From Eledone cirrhosa (taxonomy: Eukaryota), in assembly GCA_964016885.1 (NCBI GenBank), contig OZ024748.1, forward strand, positions 46,252,001 to 46,316,000: a stretch of 64,000 nucleotides of DNA. Reading direction: 5' to 3'. The notes under the pieces are model-generated. The model ran no database searches. It saw nothing but the letters and a program-made list of their open reading frames with translations, and was not told where the DNA came from. Shown one piece after another: positions 23,301 through 35,300 of the stretch (the stretch's first letter is position 1; each line of letters starts with the position of its first letter). A program made the translations under genes and the position numbers.

Positions 23301-26300
23301 GTTGGTAGTGTTGGCTCTGTAGTTATTGGTAGTGTTGGCTCTGTTGTTGTTGGTAGTGTTGGTTCTGTAGTTGTTGGTAGTGTTGGCTCTGTTGTTGTTG
23401 GTAGTGTTGCTTCTGTAGTTGTTTGTAGTGTTGGCTCTGTTGTTGTTGGTAGTATTGGTTCTGTTGTTGTTGGTAGTGTTGGCTCTGTTGTTGTTGGTAG
23501 TGTTGGTCCTGTTGTTGTTGGTAGTGCTGGTTCTGTTGTTGTTGGTAGTGTAGGTTCTGTAGTTGTTGGTAGTGTTGGCTCTGTTGTTGTTGGTAGTGTT
23601 GGCTCTGTTGTTGTTGGTAGTGTTGGTTCTGTAGTTGTTGGTAGTGTAGGTTCTGTTGTTGTTGGTAGTGTTGGTTCTGTTGTTGTTGTTGGTAGTTTAG
23701 GTTCTGTTGTTGTTGCTCGTGTTGGTTCTGTTGTTGTTGGTAGTGTTGGTGCTGTTGTTGTTGGTAGTCTTGGCTCTGTTGTTGTTGGTAGTGTTGGTTC
23801 TGTTGTTGTTGGTAGTGCTGGTTCTTTTGTTGTTGGTAGTGTAGGTTCTGTAGTTGTTGGTAGTGTTGGCTCTGTTGTTGTTGGTAGTGTTGGTTCTGTA
23901 GTTGTTGTTAGTGTTGGCTCTGTTGTTGTTGGTAGTGTTGGTTCTGTTGTTGTTGGTAGTGCTGGTTCTGTTGTTGTTGGTAGTGTTGGTTCTGTAGTTG
24001 TTGGTAGTGTTGGCTCTGTTGTTGTTGGTAATGTTGGTTCTGTTGTTGTTGGTAGTGCTGGTTCTGTTGTTGTTGGTAGTGTTGGCTCTGTTGTTGTTGG
24101 TAGTGCTGGTTCTGTTGTTGTTGGTAGTGTTGGTTCTGTAGTTGTTGGTGGTGTTGGTTCTGTTGTTGTTGTTAGTGTTGGTTCTGTTGTTGTTGTTAGT
24201 GTTGGTTCTGTTGTTGTTGGTAGTGCTGTTTCTGTTGTTGTTAGTAGTGTTGGCTCTGTTGTTGTTGGTAGTGTTGGTTCTGTTGTTGTTGGTAGTTTTG
24301 GTTCTGTAGTTGTTGGTAGTGTTGGTTCTGTTGTTGTTGGTAGTGTTGGTTCTGTTGCTGTTGGGAGTGTTGGTTCTGTTGTTGTTGGTAGTGTTGGCTC
24401 TGTTGTTGTTGGTAGTGTTGGTTCTGTTGTTGTTGGTAGTGTTGGTTCTGTAGTTGTTGGTAGTGTTGGTTCTGTTGTTGTTGGTAGTGTTGGTTCTGTT
24501 GTTGTTGGTAGTGTTGGTTCTGTTGTTGTTGGTAGTGTTGGTTCTGTTGTTGTTGTTAGTGTTGGTTCTGTTGTTGTTGGTAGTGTTGGTTCTGTTGTTG
24601 TTGGTAGTGTTGGTTCTGTTGTTGTTGGTAGTGTTGGTTCTGTTGTTGTTGGTATTGTTGGTTCTGTTGTTGTTGGTAGTGTTGGTTCTATTGTTGTTGT
24701 TGGTAGTGTTGGTAGTGTTGGTTCTGTTGTTGTTGGTATTGTTGGTTCTGTTGTTGTTGGTAGTGTAGGTTCTGTTGTTGTTGGTAGTGTTGGTTCTGTT
24801 GTTTTTGGTAGTGTTAGGTCTGTTGTTGTTGGTAGTGTTGGTTCTGTTGTTGTTGTCGGTAGTATTGGTTCTGTTGTTGTTGGTAGTGTTGGTTCTGTTG
24901 TTGTTGTTGGTAGTGTTGGTTCTGTTGTTGTTGGTAGTATTGGTTCTGTTGTTGTTGGTAGTGTTGGTTCTGTTGTTGTTGGTAGTATTGGTTCTGTTGT
25001 TATTGGTAGTGTTGGTTCTGTTGTTGTTGTGGGTAGTGATGTTTCAGTTGTTGTTTGTAGTGTTGGTGCTGTTGTTGTTGGTAGTGCTGGTTCTGTTGTT
25101 GTTGTAGGTAGTGATGTTTCTGTTGTTCTTGGTAGTGTTGGTTCTGTAGTTGTTGTTAGTGTTGGCTCTGTTGTTGTTGGTAGTGTTGGTTCTGTTGTTG
25201 TTGGTAGTGTTGGTTCTGTTGTTGTTGGCAGTGTTGGTTCTGTTGTTGTTGTAGGTAGTGATGTTTCTGTTGTTGTTGATAGTGTTGGTTCTGTTCTTGT
25301 TGTTGGTAATGTTGGTTCTGTTGTTGTTGGTAGTGTTGGCTCTGTTGTTGTTGGTAGTGTTGGTTCTGTTGTTGTTGGTAGTGTTGGTTCTGTTGTTGTT
25401 GTAGGTAGTGATGTTTCTGTTGTTGTTGATAGTGTTGGTTCTGTTTTTGTTGTTGGTAGTGTTGGTTCTGTTGTTGTTGGTAGTGTTGCTTCTGTAGTTG
25501 TTGGTAGTGTTGGCTCTGTTGTTGTTGGTAGTGTTGGTTCTGTTGTTGTTGGTAGTGTTGGTTCTGTAGTTGGTAGTGTTGTTTCTGTAGTTGTTGGTAG
25601 TGTTGGTTCTGTTGTTGTTGGTAGTGTTGGTTCTGTTGTTGTTGGTAGTGTAGGTTCTGTTGTTGTTGGTAGTGTTGGCTCTGTTGTTGGTAGTGTTGGT
25701 TCTGTTGTTGTTGGTAGTGTAGGTTCTGTTGTTGTTGGTAGTGTTGGCTCTGTTGTTGGTAGTGTTGGTTCTGTAGTTGTTGGTAGTGTTGGCTCTGTTG
25801 TTGGTAGTGTTGGCTCTGTTGTTGTTGGTAGTGTTGGCTCTGTTGTTGGTAGTGTTGGCTCTGTTGTTGTTGGTAGTGTTGGTTCTGTTGTTGTTGGTAG
25901 TGTTGGCTCTGTTGTTGGTAGTGTTGGTTCTGTTGTTGTTGGTAGTGTAGGTTCTGTTGTTGTTGATAGTGTTGGTTCTGTTGTTGTTGGTAGTGTTGGC
26001 TCTGTTGTTGGTAGTGTTGGTTCTGTTGTTGTTGGTAGTGTAGGTTCTGTTGTTGTTGGTAGTGTTGGTTCTGTTGTTGTTGGTAGTGTTGGCTCTGTTG
26101 TTGGTAGTGTTGGTTCTGTTGTTGTTGGTAGTGTTGGTTCTGTAGTTGTTGGTAGTGTTGGCTCTGTTGTTGGTAGTGTTGGCTCTGTTGTTGTTGGTAG
26201 TGTTGGTTCTGTTGTTGTTGGTAGTGTTGGTTCTGTTGTTGTTGGTAGTGTTGGTTCTGTTGTTGTTGGTAGTGTTGGTAGTGTTGTTGGTAGTGTTGGT

Positions 26301-29300
26301 TCTGTTGTTGTTGGTAGTGTTGGTTCTGTTGTTGGTAGTGTTGGTTCTGTTGTTGTTGGTAGTGTAGGTTCTGTTGTTGTTGATAGTGTTGGTTCTGTTG
26401 TTGTTGGTAGTGTTGGCTCTGTTGTTGGTAGTGTTGGTTCTGTTGTTGTTGGTAGTGTAGGTTCTGTTGTTGTTGGTAGTGTTGGTTCTGTTGTTGTTGG
26501 TAGTGTTGGCTCTGTTGTTGGTAGTGTTGGTTCTGTTGTTGTTGGTAGTGTTGGCTCTGTTGTTGGTAGTGTTGGTTCTGTAGTTGTTGGTAGTGTTGGC
26601 TCTGTTGTTGGTAGTGTTGGCTCTGTTGTTGTTGGTAGTGTTGGCTCTGTTGTTGGTAGTGTTGGCTCTGTTGTTGTTGGTAGTGTTGGTTCTGTTGTTG
26701 GTAGTGTTGGTTCTGTTGTTGTTGGTAGTGTTGGCTCTGTTGTTGGTAGTGTTGGTTCTGTAGTTGTTGGTAGTGTTGGCTCTGTTGTTGGTAGTGTTGG
26801 CTCTGTTGTTGTTGGTAGTGTAGGTTCTGTTGTTGGTAGTGTTGGTTCTGTTGTTGTTGGTAGTGTAGGTTCTGTTGTTGTTGGTAGTGTTGGCTCTGTT
26901 GTTGGTAGTGTTGGTTCTGTAGTTGTTGGTAGTGTTGGCTCTGTTGTTGGTAGTGTTGGCTCTGTTGTTGTTGGTAGTGTTGGTTCTGTTGTTGGTAGAG
27001 TTGGCTCTGTTGTTGTTGGTAGTGTTGGCTCTGTTGTTGGTAGTGTTGGCTCTGTTGTTGGTAGTGTTGGTTCTGTTGTTGGTAGTGTTGGTTCTGTAGT
27101 TGTTGGTAGTGTTGGCTCTGTTGTTGGTAGTGTTGGTTCTGTTGTTGGTAGTGTTGGTTCTGTAGTTGTTGGTAGTGTTGGCTCTGTTGTTGGTAGTGTT
27201 GGCTCTGTTGTTGTTGGTAGTGTTGGCTCTGTTGTTGGTAGTGTTGGCTCTGTTGTTGGTAGTGTTGGTTCTGTTGTTGGTAGTGTTGGTTCTGTAGTTG
27301 TTGGTAGTGTTGGCTCTGTTGTTGGTAGTGTTGGCTCTGTTGTTGTTGGTAGTGTTGGCTCTGTTGTTGGTAGTGTTGGCTCTGTTGTTGTTGGTAGTGT
27401 TGGTTCTGTTGTTGGTAGAGTTGGCTCTGTTGTTGTTGGTAGTGTTGGTTCTGTTGTTGTTGTTGGTAATGTTGGTTCTGTTGTTGTTGTTGGTAATGTT
27501 GGTTCTGTTGTTGTTGGTAGTGTTGGTTCTGTAGTTGGTAGTGTTGTTTCTGTAGTTGTTGGTAGTGTTGGTCCTGTTGTTGGTAGTGTTGGTTCTGTAG
27601 TTGTTGGTAGTGTTGGTTCTGTTGTTGTTGGTAGTGTTGGTTCTGTTGTTGGTAGTGTTGGTTCTGTTGTTGGTAGTGTTGGTTCTGTAGTTGTTGGTAG
27701 TGTTGGCTCTGTTGTTGTTGGTAGTGTTGGCTCTGTTGTTGGTAGTGTTGGTTCTGTTGTTGGTAGTGTTGGTTCTGTAGTTGTTGGTAGTGTTGGCTCT
27801 GTTGTTGGTAGTGTTGGCTCTGTTGTTGTTGGTAGTGTTGGCTCTGTTGTTGGTAGTGTTGGCTCTGTTGTTGTTGGTAGTGTTGGTTCTGTTGTTGGTA
27901 GAGTTGGCTCTGTTGTTGTTGGTAGTGTTGGTTCTGTTGTTGTTGTTGGTAATGTTGGTTCTGTTGTTGTTGTTGGTAGTGTTGGCTCTGTTGTTGTTGG
28001 TAGTGTTGGTTCTGTTGTTGGTAGAGTTGGTTCTGTTGTTGTTGGTAGTGTTGGCTCTGTTGTTGGTAGTGTTGGTTCTGTTGTTGGTAGAGTTGGCTCT
28101 GTTGTTGTTGGTAGTGTTGGTTCTGTTGTTGTTGTTGGTAATGTTGGTTCTGTTGTTGTTGGTAGTGTTGGCTCTGTCGTTGTTGGTAGTGTTGGTTCTG
28201 TAGTTGGTAGTGTTGTTTCTGTAGTTGTTGGTAGTGTTGGTTCTGTAGTTGTTGGTAGTGTTGGTTCTGTTGTTGTTGGTAGTGTTGGTTCTGTTGTTGT
28301 TGGTAGTGTTGGTTCTGTTGTTGTTGGTAGTGTTGGCTCTGTAGTTGTTGGTAGTGTTGGTTCTGTTGTTGTTGGTAGTGTTGGTTCTGTTGTTGTTGGT
28401 AGTGTTTGTTCTGTAGTTGTTGGTAGTGTTGGTTCTGTTGTTGTTGGTAGTGTTGGTTCTGTTGTTGTTGGTAGTGTTGGTTCTGTTGTTGTTGGTAGTG
28501 TTGGTTCTGTTGTTGTTGGTAGTGTTGGTTCTGTTGTTGTTGGTAGTGTTGGTTCTGTTGTTGTTGGTAGTGTTGGTTCTGTTGTTGTTGGTAGTGTTGG
28601 TTCTGTTGTTGTTGGTAGTGTTGGCTCTGTAGTTGTTGGTAGTGTTGGCTCTGTTGTTGTTGGTAGTGTTGGCTCTGTAGTTGTTGGTAGTGTTGGTTCT
28701 GTTGTTGTTGGTAGTGTTGGCTCTGTAGTTGTTGGTAGTGTTGGCTCTGTTGTTGTTGGTAGTGTTGGTTCTGTTGTTGTTGGTAGTGTTGGTTCTGTTG
28801 TTGTTGGTAGTGTTGGTTCTGTTGTTGTTGGTAGTGTTGGTTCTGTTGTTGTTGGTAGTGTTGGCTCTGTAGTTGTTGGTAGTGTTGGCTCTGTTGTTGT
28901 TGGTAGTGTTGGCTCTGTAGTTGTTGGTAGTGTTGGTTCTGTTGTTGTTGGTAGTGTTGGTTCTGTTGTTGTTGGTAGTGTTGGTTCTGTTGTTGTTGGT
29001 AGTGTTGGTTCTGTTGTTGTTGGTAGTGTTGGTTCTGTTGTTGTTGGTAGTGTTGGTTCTGTTGTTGTTGGTAGTGTTGGTTCTGTTGTTGTTGGTAGTG
29101 TTGGCTCTGTAGTTGTTGGTAGTGTTGGCTCTGTTGTTGTTGGTAGTGTTGGTTCTGTTGTTGTTGGTAGTGTTGGTTCTGTTGTTGTTGGTAGTGTTGG
29201 TTCTGTTGTTGTTGGTAGTGTTGGTTCTGTTGTTGTTGGTAGTGTTGGTTCTGTTGTTGTTGGTAGTGTTGGTTCTGTTGTTGTTGGTAGTGTTGGCTCT

Positions 29301-32300
29301 GTAGTTGTTGGTAGTGTTGGCTCTGTAGTTGTTGGTAATGTTGGTTCTGTTGTTGTTGGTAGTGTTGGTTCTGTTGTTGTTGGTAGTGTTGGTTCTGTAG
29401 TTGTTGGTAGTGTTGGCTCTGTAGTTGTTGGTAGTGTTGGCTCTGTTGTTGTTGGTAGTGTTGGTTCTGTTGTTGTTGGTAGTGTTGGCTCTGTTGTTGT
29501 TGGTAGTGTTGGCTCTGTAGTTATTGGTAGTGTTGGCTCTGTTGTTGTTGGTAGTGTTGGTTCTGTAGTTGTTGGTAGTGTTGGCTCTGTTGTTGTTGGT
29601 AGTGTTGGTTCTGTAGTTGTTGGTAGTGTTGGCTCTGTTGTTGTTGGTAGTGTTGGTTCTGTTGTTGTTGTTGGTAATGTTGGTTCTGTTGTTGTTGGTA
29701 GTGTTGGTTCTGTAGTTGTTGGTAGTGTTGGCTCTGTAGTTATTGGTAGTGTTGGCTCTGTTGTTGTTGGTAGTGTTGGTTCTGTAGTTGTTGGTAGTGT
29801 TGGCTCTGTTGTTGTTGGTAGTGTTGGTTCTGTAGTTGTTGGTAGTGTTGGCTCTGTTGTTGTTGGTAGTGTTGGTTCTGTTGTTGTTGTTGGTGTTGGT
29901 TCTGTTGTTGTTGGTAGTGTTGGCTCTGTTGTTGTTGGTAGTGTTGGTTCTGTAGTTGGTAGTGTTGTTTCTGTAGTTGTTGGTAGTGTTGGTTCTGTTG
30001 TTGTTGGTAGTGTTGGCTCTGTAGTTGTTGGTAGTGTTGGCTCTGTTGTTGTTGGTAGTGTTGGCTCTGTTGTTGTTGGTAGTGTTGGCTCTGTTGTTGT
30101 TGGTAGTGTTGGTTCTGTTGTTGTTGGTAGTGTTGGCTCTGTTGTTGTTGGTAGTGTTGGTTCTGTTGTTGTTGGTAGTATTGGTTCTGTAGTTGTTGGT
30201 AGTGTTGGTTCTGTTGTTGGTAGAGTTGGTTCTGTAGTTGTTGGTAGTGTTGGCTCTGTTGTTGTTGGTAGTGTTGGTTCTGTTGTTGTTGTTGGTGTTG
30301 GTTCTGTTGTTGTTGGTAGTGTTGGTTCTGTAGTTGTTGGTAGTGTTGGCTCTGTAGTTGTTGGTAGTGTTGGTTCTGTAGTTGTTGGTAGTGTTGGCTC
30401 TGTTGTTGTTGGTAATGTTGGTTCTGTTGTTGTTGTTGGTGTTGGTTCTGTTGTTGTTGGTAGTGTTGGTTCTGTAGTTGTTGGTAGTGTTGGCTCTGTA
30501 GTTGTTGGTAGTGTTGGTTCTGTAGTTGTTGGTAGTGTTGGCTCTGTTGTTGTTGGTAGTGTTGGTTCTGTTGTTGTTGTTGGTGTTGGTTCTGTTGTTG
30601 TTGGTAGTGTTGGTTCTGTAGTTGTTGGTAGTGTTGGCTCTGTAGTTGTTGGTAGTGTTGGTTCTGTAGTTGTTGGTAGTGTTGGCTCTGTTGTTGTTGG
30701 TAGTGTTGGCTCTGTAGTTGTTGGTAGTGTTGGCTCTGTTGTTGTTGGTAGTGCTGGTTCTGTAGTTGTTGGTAGTGTTGGCTCTGTTGTTGTTGGTAGT
30801 GTTGGCTCTGTTGTTGTTGGTAGTGTTGGTGCTGTTGTTGTTGGTAGTGTTGGTTCTGTAGTTGTTGGTAGTGTTGGTTCTGTTGTTGTTGGTAGTGCTG
30901 GTTCTGTTGTTGTTGGTAGTGTTGGTTCTGTTGTTGTTGGTAGTGTTGGTTCTGTTGTTGTTGGTAGTGTTGGTTCTGTTGTTGTTGGTAGTGTTGGTTC
31001 TGTTGTTGTTGGTAGTGTTGGTTCTGTTGTTGTTGGTAGTGTAGGTTCTGTTGTTGTTGGTAGTGTTGGTTCTGTTGTTGTTGGTAGTGTAGGTTCTGTT
31101 GTTGTTGGTAGTGTTGGTTCTGTTGTTATTGGTAGTGTTGGTTCTGTTGTTGTTGGTAGTATTGGTTCTGTTGTTGTTGGTAGTGTTGGTTCTGTTGTTG
31201 TTGGTAGTGTAGGTTCTGTTGTTGTTGGTAGTGTTGGTTCTGTTGTTGTTGGTAGTGTAGGTTCTGTTGTTGTTGGTAGTGTTGGTTCTGTTGTTATTGG
31301 TAGTGTTGGTTCTGTTGTTGTTGTAGGTAGTGATGTTTCTGTTGTTGTTGGTAGTGTTGGTTCTGTAGTTGTTGGTAGTGTTGGCTCTGTTGTTGTTGGT
31401 AGTGTTGGTTCTGTTGTTGTTGGTAGTGTTGGTTCTGTTGTTGTTGGTAGTGTTGGTTCTGTTGTTGTTGTAGGTAGTGATGTTTCTGTTGTTGTTGATA
31501 GTGTTGGTTCTGTTCTTGTTGTTGGTAATGTTGGTTCTGTTGTTGTTGGTAGTGTTGGCTCTGTTGTTGTTGGTAGTGTTGGTTCTGTTGTTGTTGTAGG
31601 TAGTGATGTTTCTGTTGTTGTTGGTAGTGTTGGTTCTGTTTTTGTTGTTGGTACTGTTGGTTCTGTTGTTGTTGGTAGTGTTGGTTCTGTAGTTGTTGGT
31701 AGTGTTGGCTCTGTCGTTGTTGGTAGTGTTGGTTCTGTTGTTGTTGGTAGTGTTGGTTCTGTAGTTGGTAGTGTTGTTTCTGTAGTTGTTGGTAGTGTTG
31801 GTCCTGTTGTTGGTAGTGTTGGTTCTGTTGTTGTTGGTAGTGTTGGCTCTGTTGTTGGTAGTGTTGGTTCTGTAGTTGTTGGTAGTGTTGGTTCTGTTGT
31901 TGGTAGAGTTGGTTCTGTAGTTGTTGGTAGTGTTGGCTCTGTTGTTGTTGGTAGTGTTGGTTCTGTTGTTGTTGGTAGTGTTGGCTCTGTAGTTATTTGT
32001 AGTGTTGGCTCTGTTGTTGTTGGTAGTGTTGGCTCTGTAGTTATTGGTAGTGTTGGCTCTGTTGTTGTTGGTAGTGTTGGTTCTGTAGTTGTTGGTAGTG
32101 TTGGCTCTGTTGTTGTTGGTAGTGTTGGTTCTGTAGTTGTTGGTAGTGTTGGCTCTGTTGTTGTTGGTAGTATTGGTTCTGTAGTTGTTGGTAGTGTTGG
32201 TTCTGTTGTTGGTAGAGTTGGTTCTGTAGTTGTTGGTAGTGTTGGCTCTGTTGTTGTTGGTAGTGCTGGTTCTGTAGTTGTTGGTAGTGTTGGCTCTGTT

Positions 32301-35300
32301 GTTGTTGGAGGTGTTGGCTCTGTTGTTGTTGGTAGTGTTGGTGCTGTTGTTGTTGGTAGTGTTGGCTCTGTTGTTGTTGGTAGTGTTGGCTCTGTTGTTG
32401 TTGGTAGTGTTGGTTCTGTAGTTGTTGTTAGTGTTGGCTCTGTTGTTGTTGGTAGTGTTGGTTCTGTTGTTGTTGGTAGTGCTGGTTCTGTTGTTGTTGT
32501 TAGTGTTGGCTCTGTTGTTGTTGGTAGTGTTGGTGCTGTTGTTGTTGGTAGTGTTGGTTCTGTTGTTGTTGGTAGTGTTGGCTCTGTTGTTGTTGGTAGT
32601 GTTGGTTCTGTAGTTGTTGTTAGTGTTGGCTCTGTTGTTGTTGGTAGTGTTGGTTCTGTTGTTGTTGGTAGTGCTGGTTCTGTTGTTGTTGGTAGTGTTG
32701 GTTCTGTAGTTGTTGGTAGTGTTGGCTCTGTTGTTGTTGGTACTGTTGGTTCTGTTGTTGATGGTAGTGCTGGTTCTGTTGTTGTTGGTAGTGTTGGCTC
32801 TGTTGTTGTTGGTAGTGCTGGTTCTGTTGTTGTTGGTAGTGTTGGTTCTGTAGTTGTTGGTGGTGTTGGTTCTGTTGTTGTTGTTAGTGTTGGTTCTGTT
32901 GTTGTTGGTAGTGTTGGTTCTGTTGTTGATGGTAGTGCTGTTTCTGTTGTTGTTAGTAGTGTTGGCTCTGTTGTTGTTGGTAGTGTTGGTTCTGTTGTTG
33001 TTGGTAGTTTTGGTTCTGTAGATGTTGGTAGTGTTGGTTCTGTTGTTGTTGGTAGTGTTGGTTCTGTTGCTGTTGGTAGTGTTGGTTCTGTTGTTGTTGG
33101 TAGTGTTGACTCTGTTGTTGTTGGTAGTGTTGGTTCTGTTGTTGTTGGTAGTGTTGGTTCTGTAGGTGTTGGTAGTGTTGGTTCTGTTGTTGTTGATAGT
33201 GTTGGTTCTGTTGTTGTTGGTAGTGTTGGTTCTGTTGTTGTTGGTAGTGTTGGTTCTGTTGTTGTTGGTAGTGTTGGTTCTGTTGTTTTTGTTAGTGTTG
33301 GTTCTGTTGTTGTTGGTAGTGTTGGTTCTGTTGTTGTTGGTAGTGTTGGTTCTGTTGTTGTTAGTAGTGTTGGTTCTGTTGTTGTTGGTAGTGTTGGTTC
33401 TGTTGTTGTTGGTAGTGTTGGTTCTGTTGTTGTTGGTAGTGTTGGTTCTGTTGTTCTTGGTAGTGCTGGTTCTGTTGTTGTTGGTAGTGTTGGTTCTGTT
33501 GTTGTTGGTAGTGTTGGTTCTGTTGTTGTTGGTAGTGTTGGTTCTGTTGTTGTTGGTAGTGCTTGTTCTGTTGTTGTTGGTAGTGTTGGTTCTGTTGTTG
33601 TTGGTAGTGTTGGTTCTGTTGTTGTTGGTAGTGTTGGTTCTGTTGTTGTTGGTAGTGTTGGTTCTGTTGTTGTTGGTAGTGCTTGTTCTGTTGTTGTTGG
33701 TAGTGTTGGTTCTGTTGTTGTTGGTAGTGTTGGTTCTGTTGTTGTTGGTAGTGTTGGTTCTGTTGTTGTTGGTAGTGTTGGTTCTGTTGTTGTTGGTAGT
33801 GCTGGTTCTGTTGTTGTTGGTAGTGTTGGTTCTGTAGTTGTTGGTAGTGTTGGTTCTGTTGTTGTTGGTAGTGTTGGTTCTGTAGTTGTTGGTAGTGTTG
33901 GTTCTGTAGTTGTTGGTAGTGTTGGTTCTGTTGTTGTTGGTAGTGTTGGTTCTGTTGTTGTTGGTAGTGTTGGCTCTGTTGTTGTTGGTAGTGTTGGTTC
34001 TGTTGTTGTTGGTAGTGTTGGTTCTGTAGTTGTTGGTAGTGTTGGTTCTGTTGTTGTTTGTAGTGTTGGTTCTTTAGTTGTTGGTAGTGTTGGTTCTGTT
34101 GTTGTTGGTAGTGTTGGTTCTGTTGTTGTTGGTAGTGTTGGTTCTGTTGTTGTTGGTAGTGTTGTTTCTGTAGTTGATGGTAGTTTTGGTTCTGTTGTTG
34201 TTGGTAGTGTTGGTTCTGTTGTTGTTGGTAGTGTTGGCTCAGTTGTTGTTGGTAGTGATGGTTCTATTGTTGTTGGTAGTGTTGGTTCTGTGGTTGTTGG
34301 TAGTGTTGGTTCTGTAGCTGTTTTTGGTAGTGTTGGTTCTGTAGTTGTTTGTAATGTTGGTTCTTTTGTTGTTGTCGGTAGTGTTGGTTCTGTTTTTGTT
34401 GTTGGTAGTGTTGGTTCTGTTGTTGTTGTTGGTAGTGTTGGTTCTGTTGTTGTTGGTAGTGTTGGCTCTGTTGTTGTTGGTAGTGTTGGTTCTGTTGTTG
34501 TTGGTACTGTTGGTTCTGTTGTTGTTGGTATTGTTGGTTCTTTTGTTGTTGTTGGTAGTGTTGGTTCAGCTGTTGTTGTTGGTAGTGTTGGTTCTGTTGT
34601 TGTTGGTAGTGTTGGTTCTGCTGTTGTTGTTGGTAGTGTTGGTTCTGTTGTTGTTGGTAGTGTTGGTTCTGTTGTTGTCGGTAGTGTTGGTTCTGTTGTT
34701 GTTGGTAGTATTGGTTCTGTTGTTGTTGTTGGTAGTTGTGGTTCTGTTGTTGTTGGTAGTGTTGGTTCTATTGTTGTTGGTAATGTTGGTTCTGTTGTTG
34801 TGGGTAGTGTGGATTCTGTTGTTGTTGGTAGTGTTGGTTCTGTTGTTGTTGTAGGTAGTGTTGGTTCTGTTGTTGTTGGAAGTGATGGTTCTGTTGTTGT
34901 TGGTAGTGTTGGTTCTGTTGTTGGTAGTGCTGCTTCAGTTGTTGGTGTTGGTAGTGTTGGTTCTGTTGTTGTTGGAAGTGATGGTTCTGTTGTTGTTGGT
35001 AGTGTTGGTTCCGTTGTTGTTGGTAGTGTTGGTTCCGTTGTTGTTGGTAGTGTTGGTTCTGTTGTTGTTGGTAGTGTTGGTTCTGTTGTTGTTGGTAGTG
35101 CTGCTTCTGTTGTGGGTGTTGGTAGTGTTGGTTCCGTTGTTGTTGGAAGTGATGGTTCTGTTGTTGTTGGTAGTGTTGGTTCTGTTGTTGTTGGTAGTGT
35201 TGGTTCTATTGTTGTTGGTAATGTTGGTTCTATTGTTGTTGGTAGTGATGGTTCTGTTGTTGTTGGTAGTGTTGGTTCTGTTGTTGTTGGTAGTGTTGGT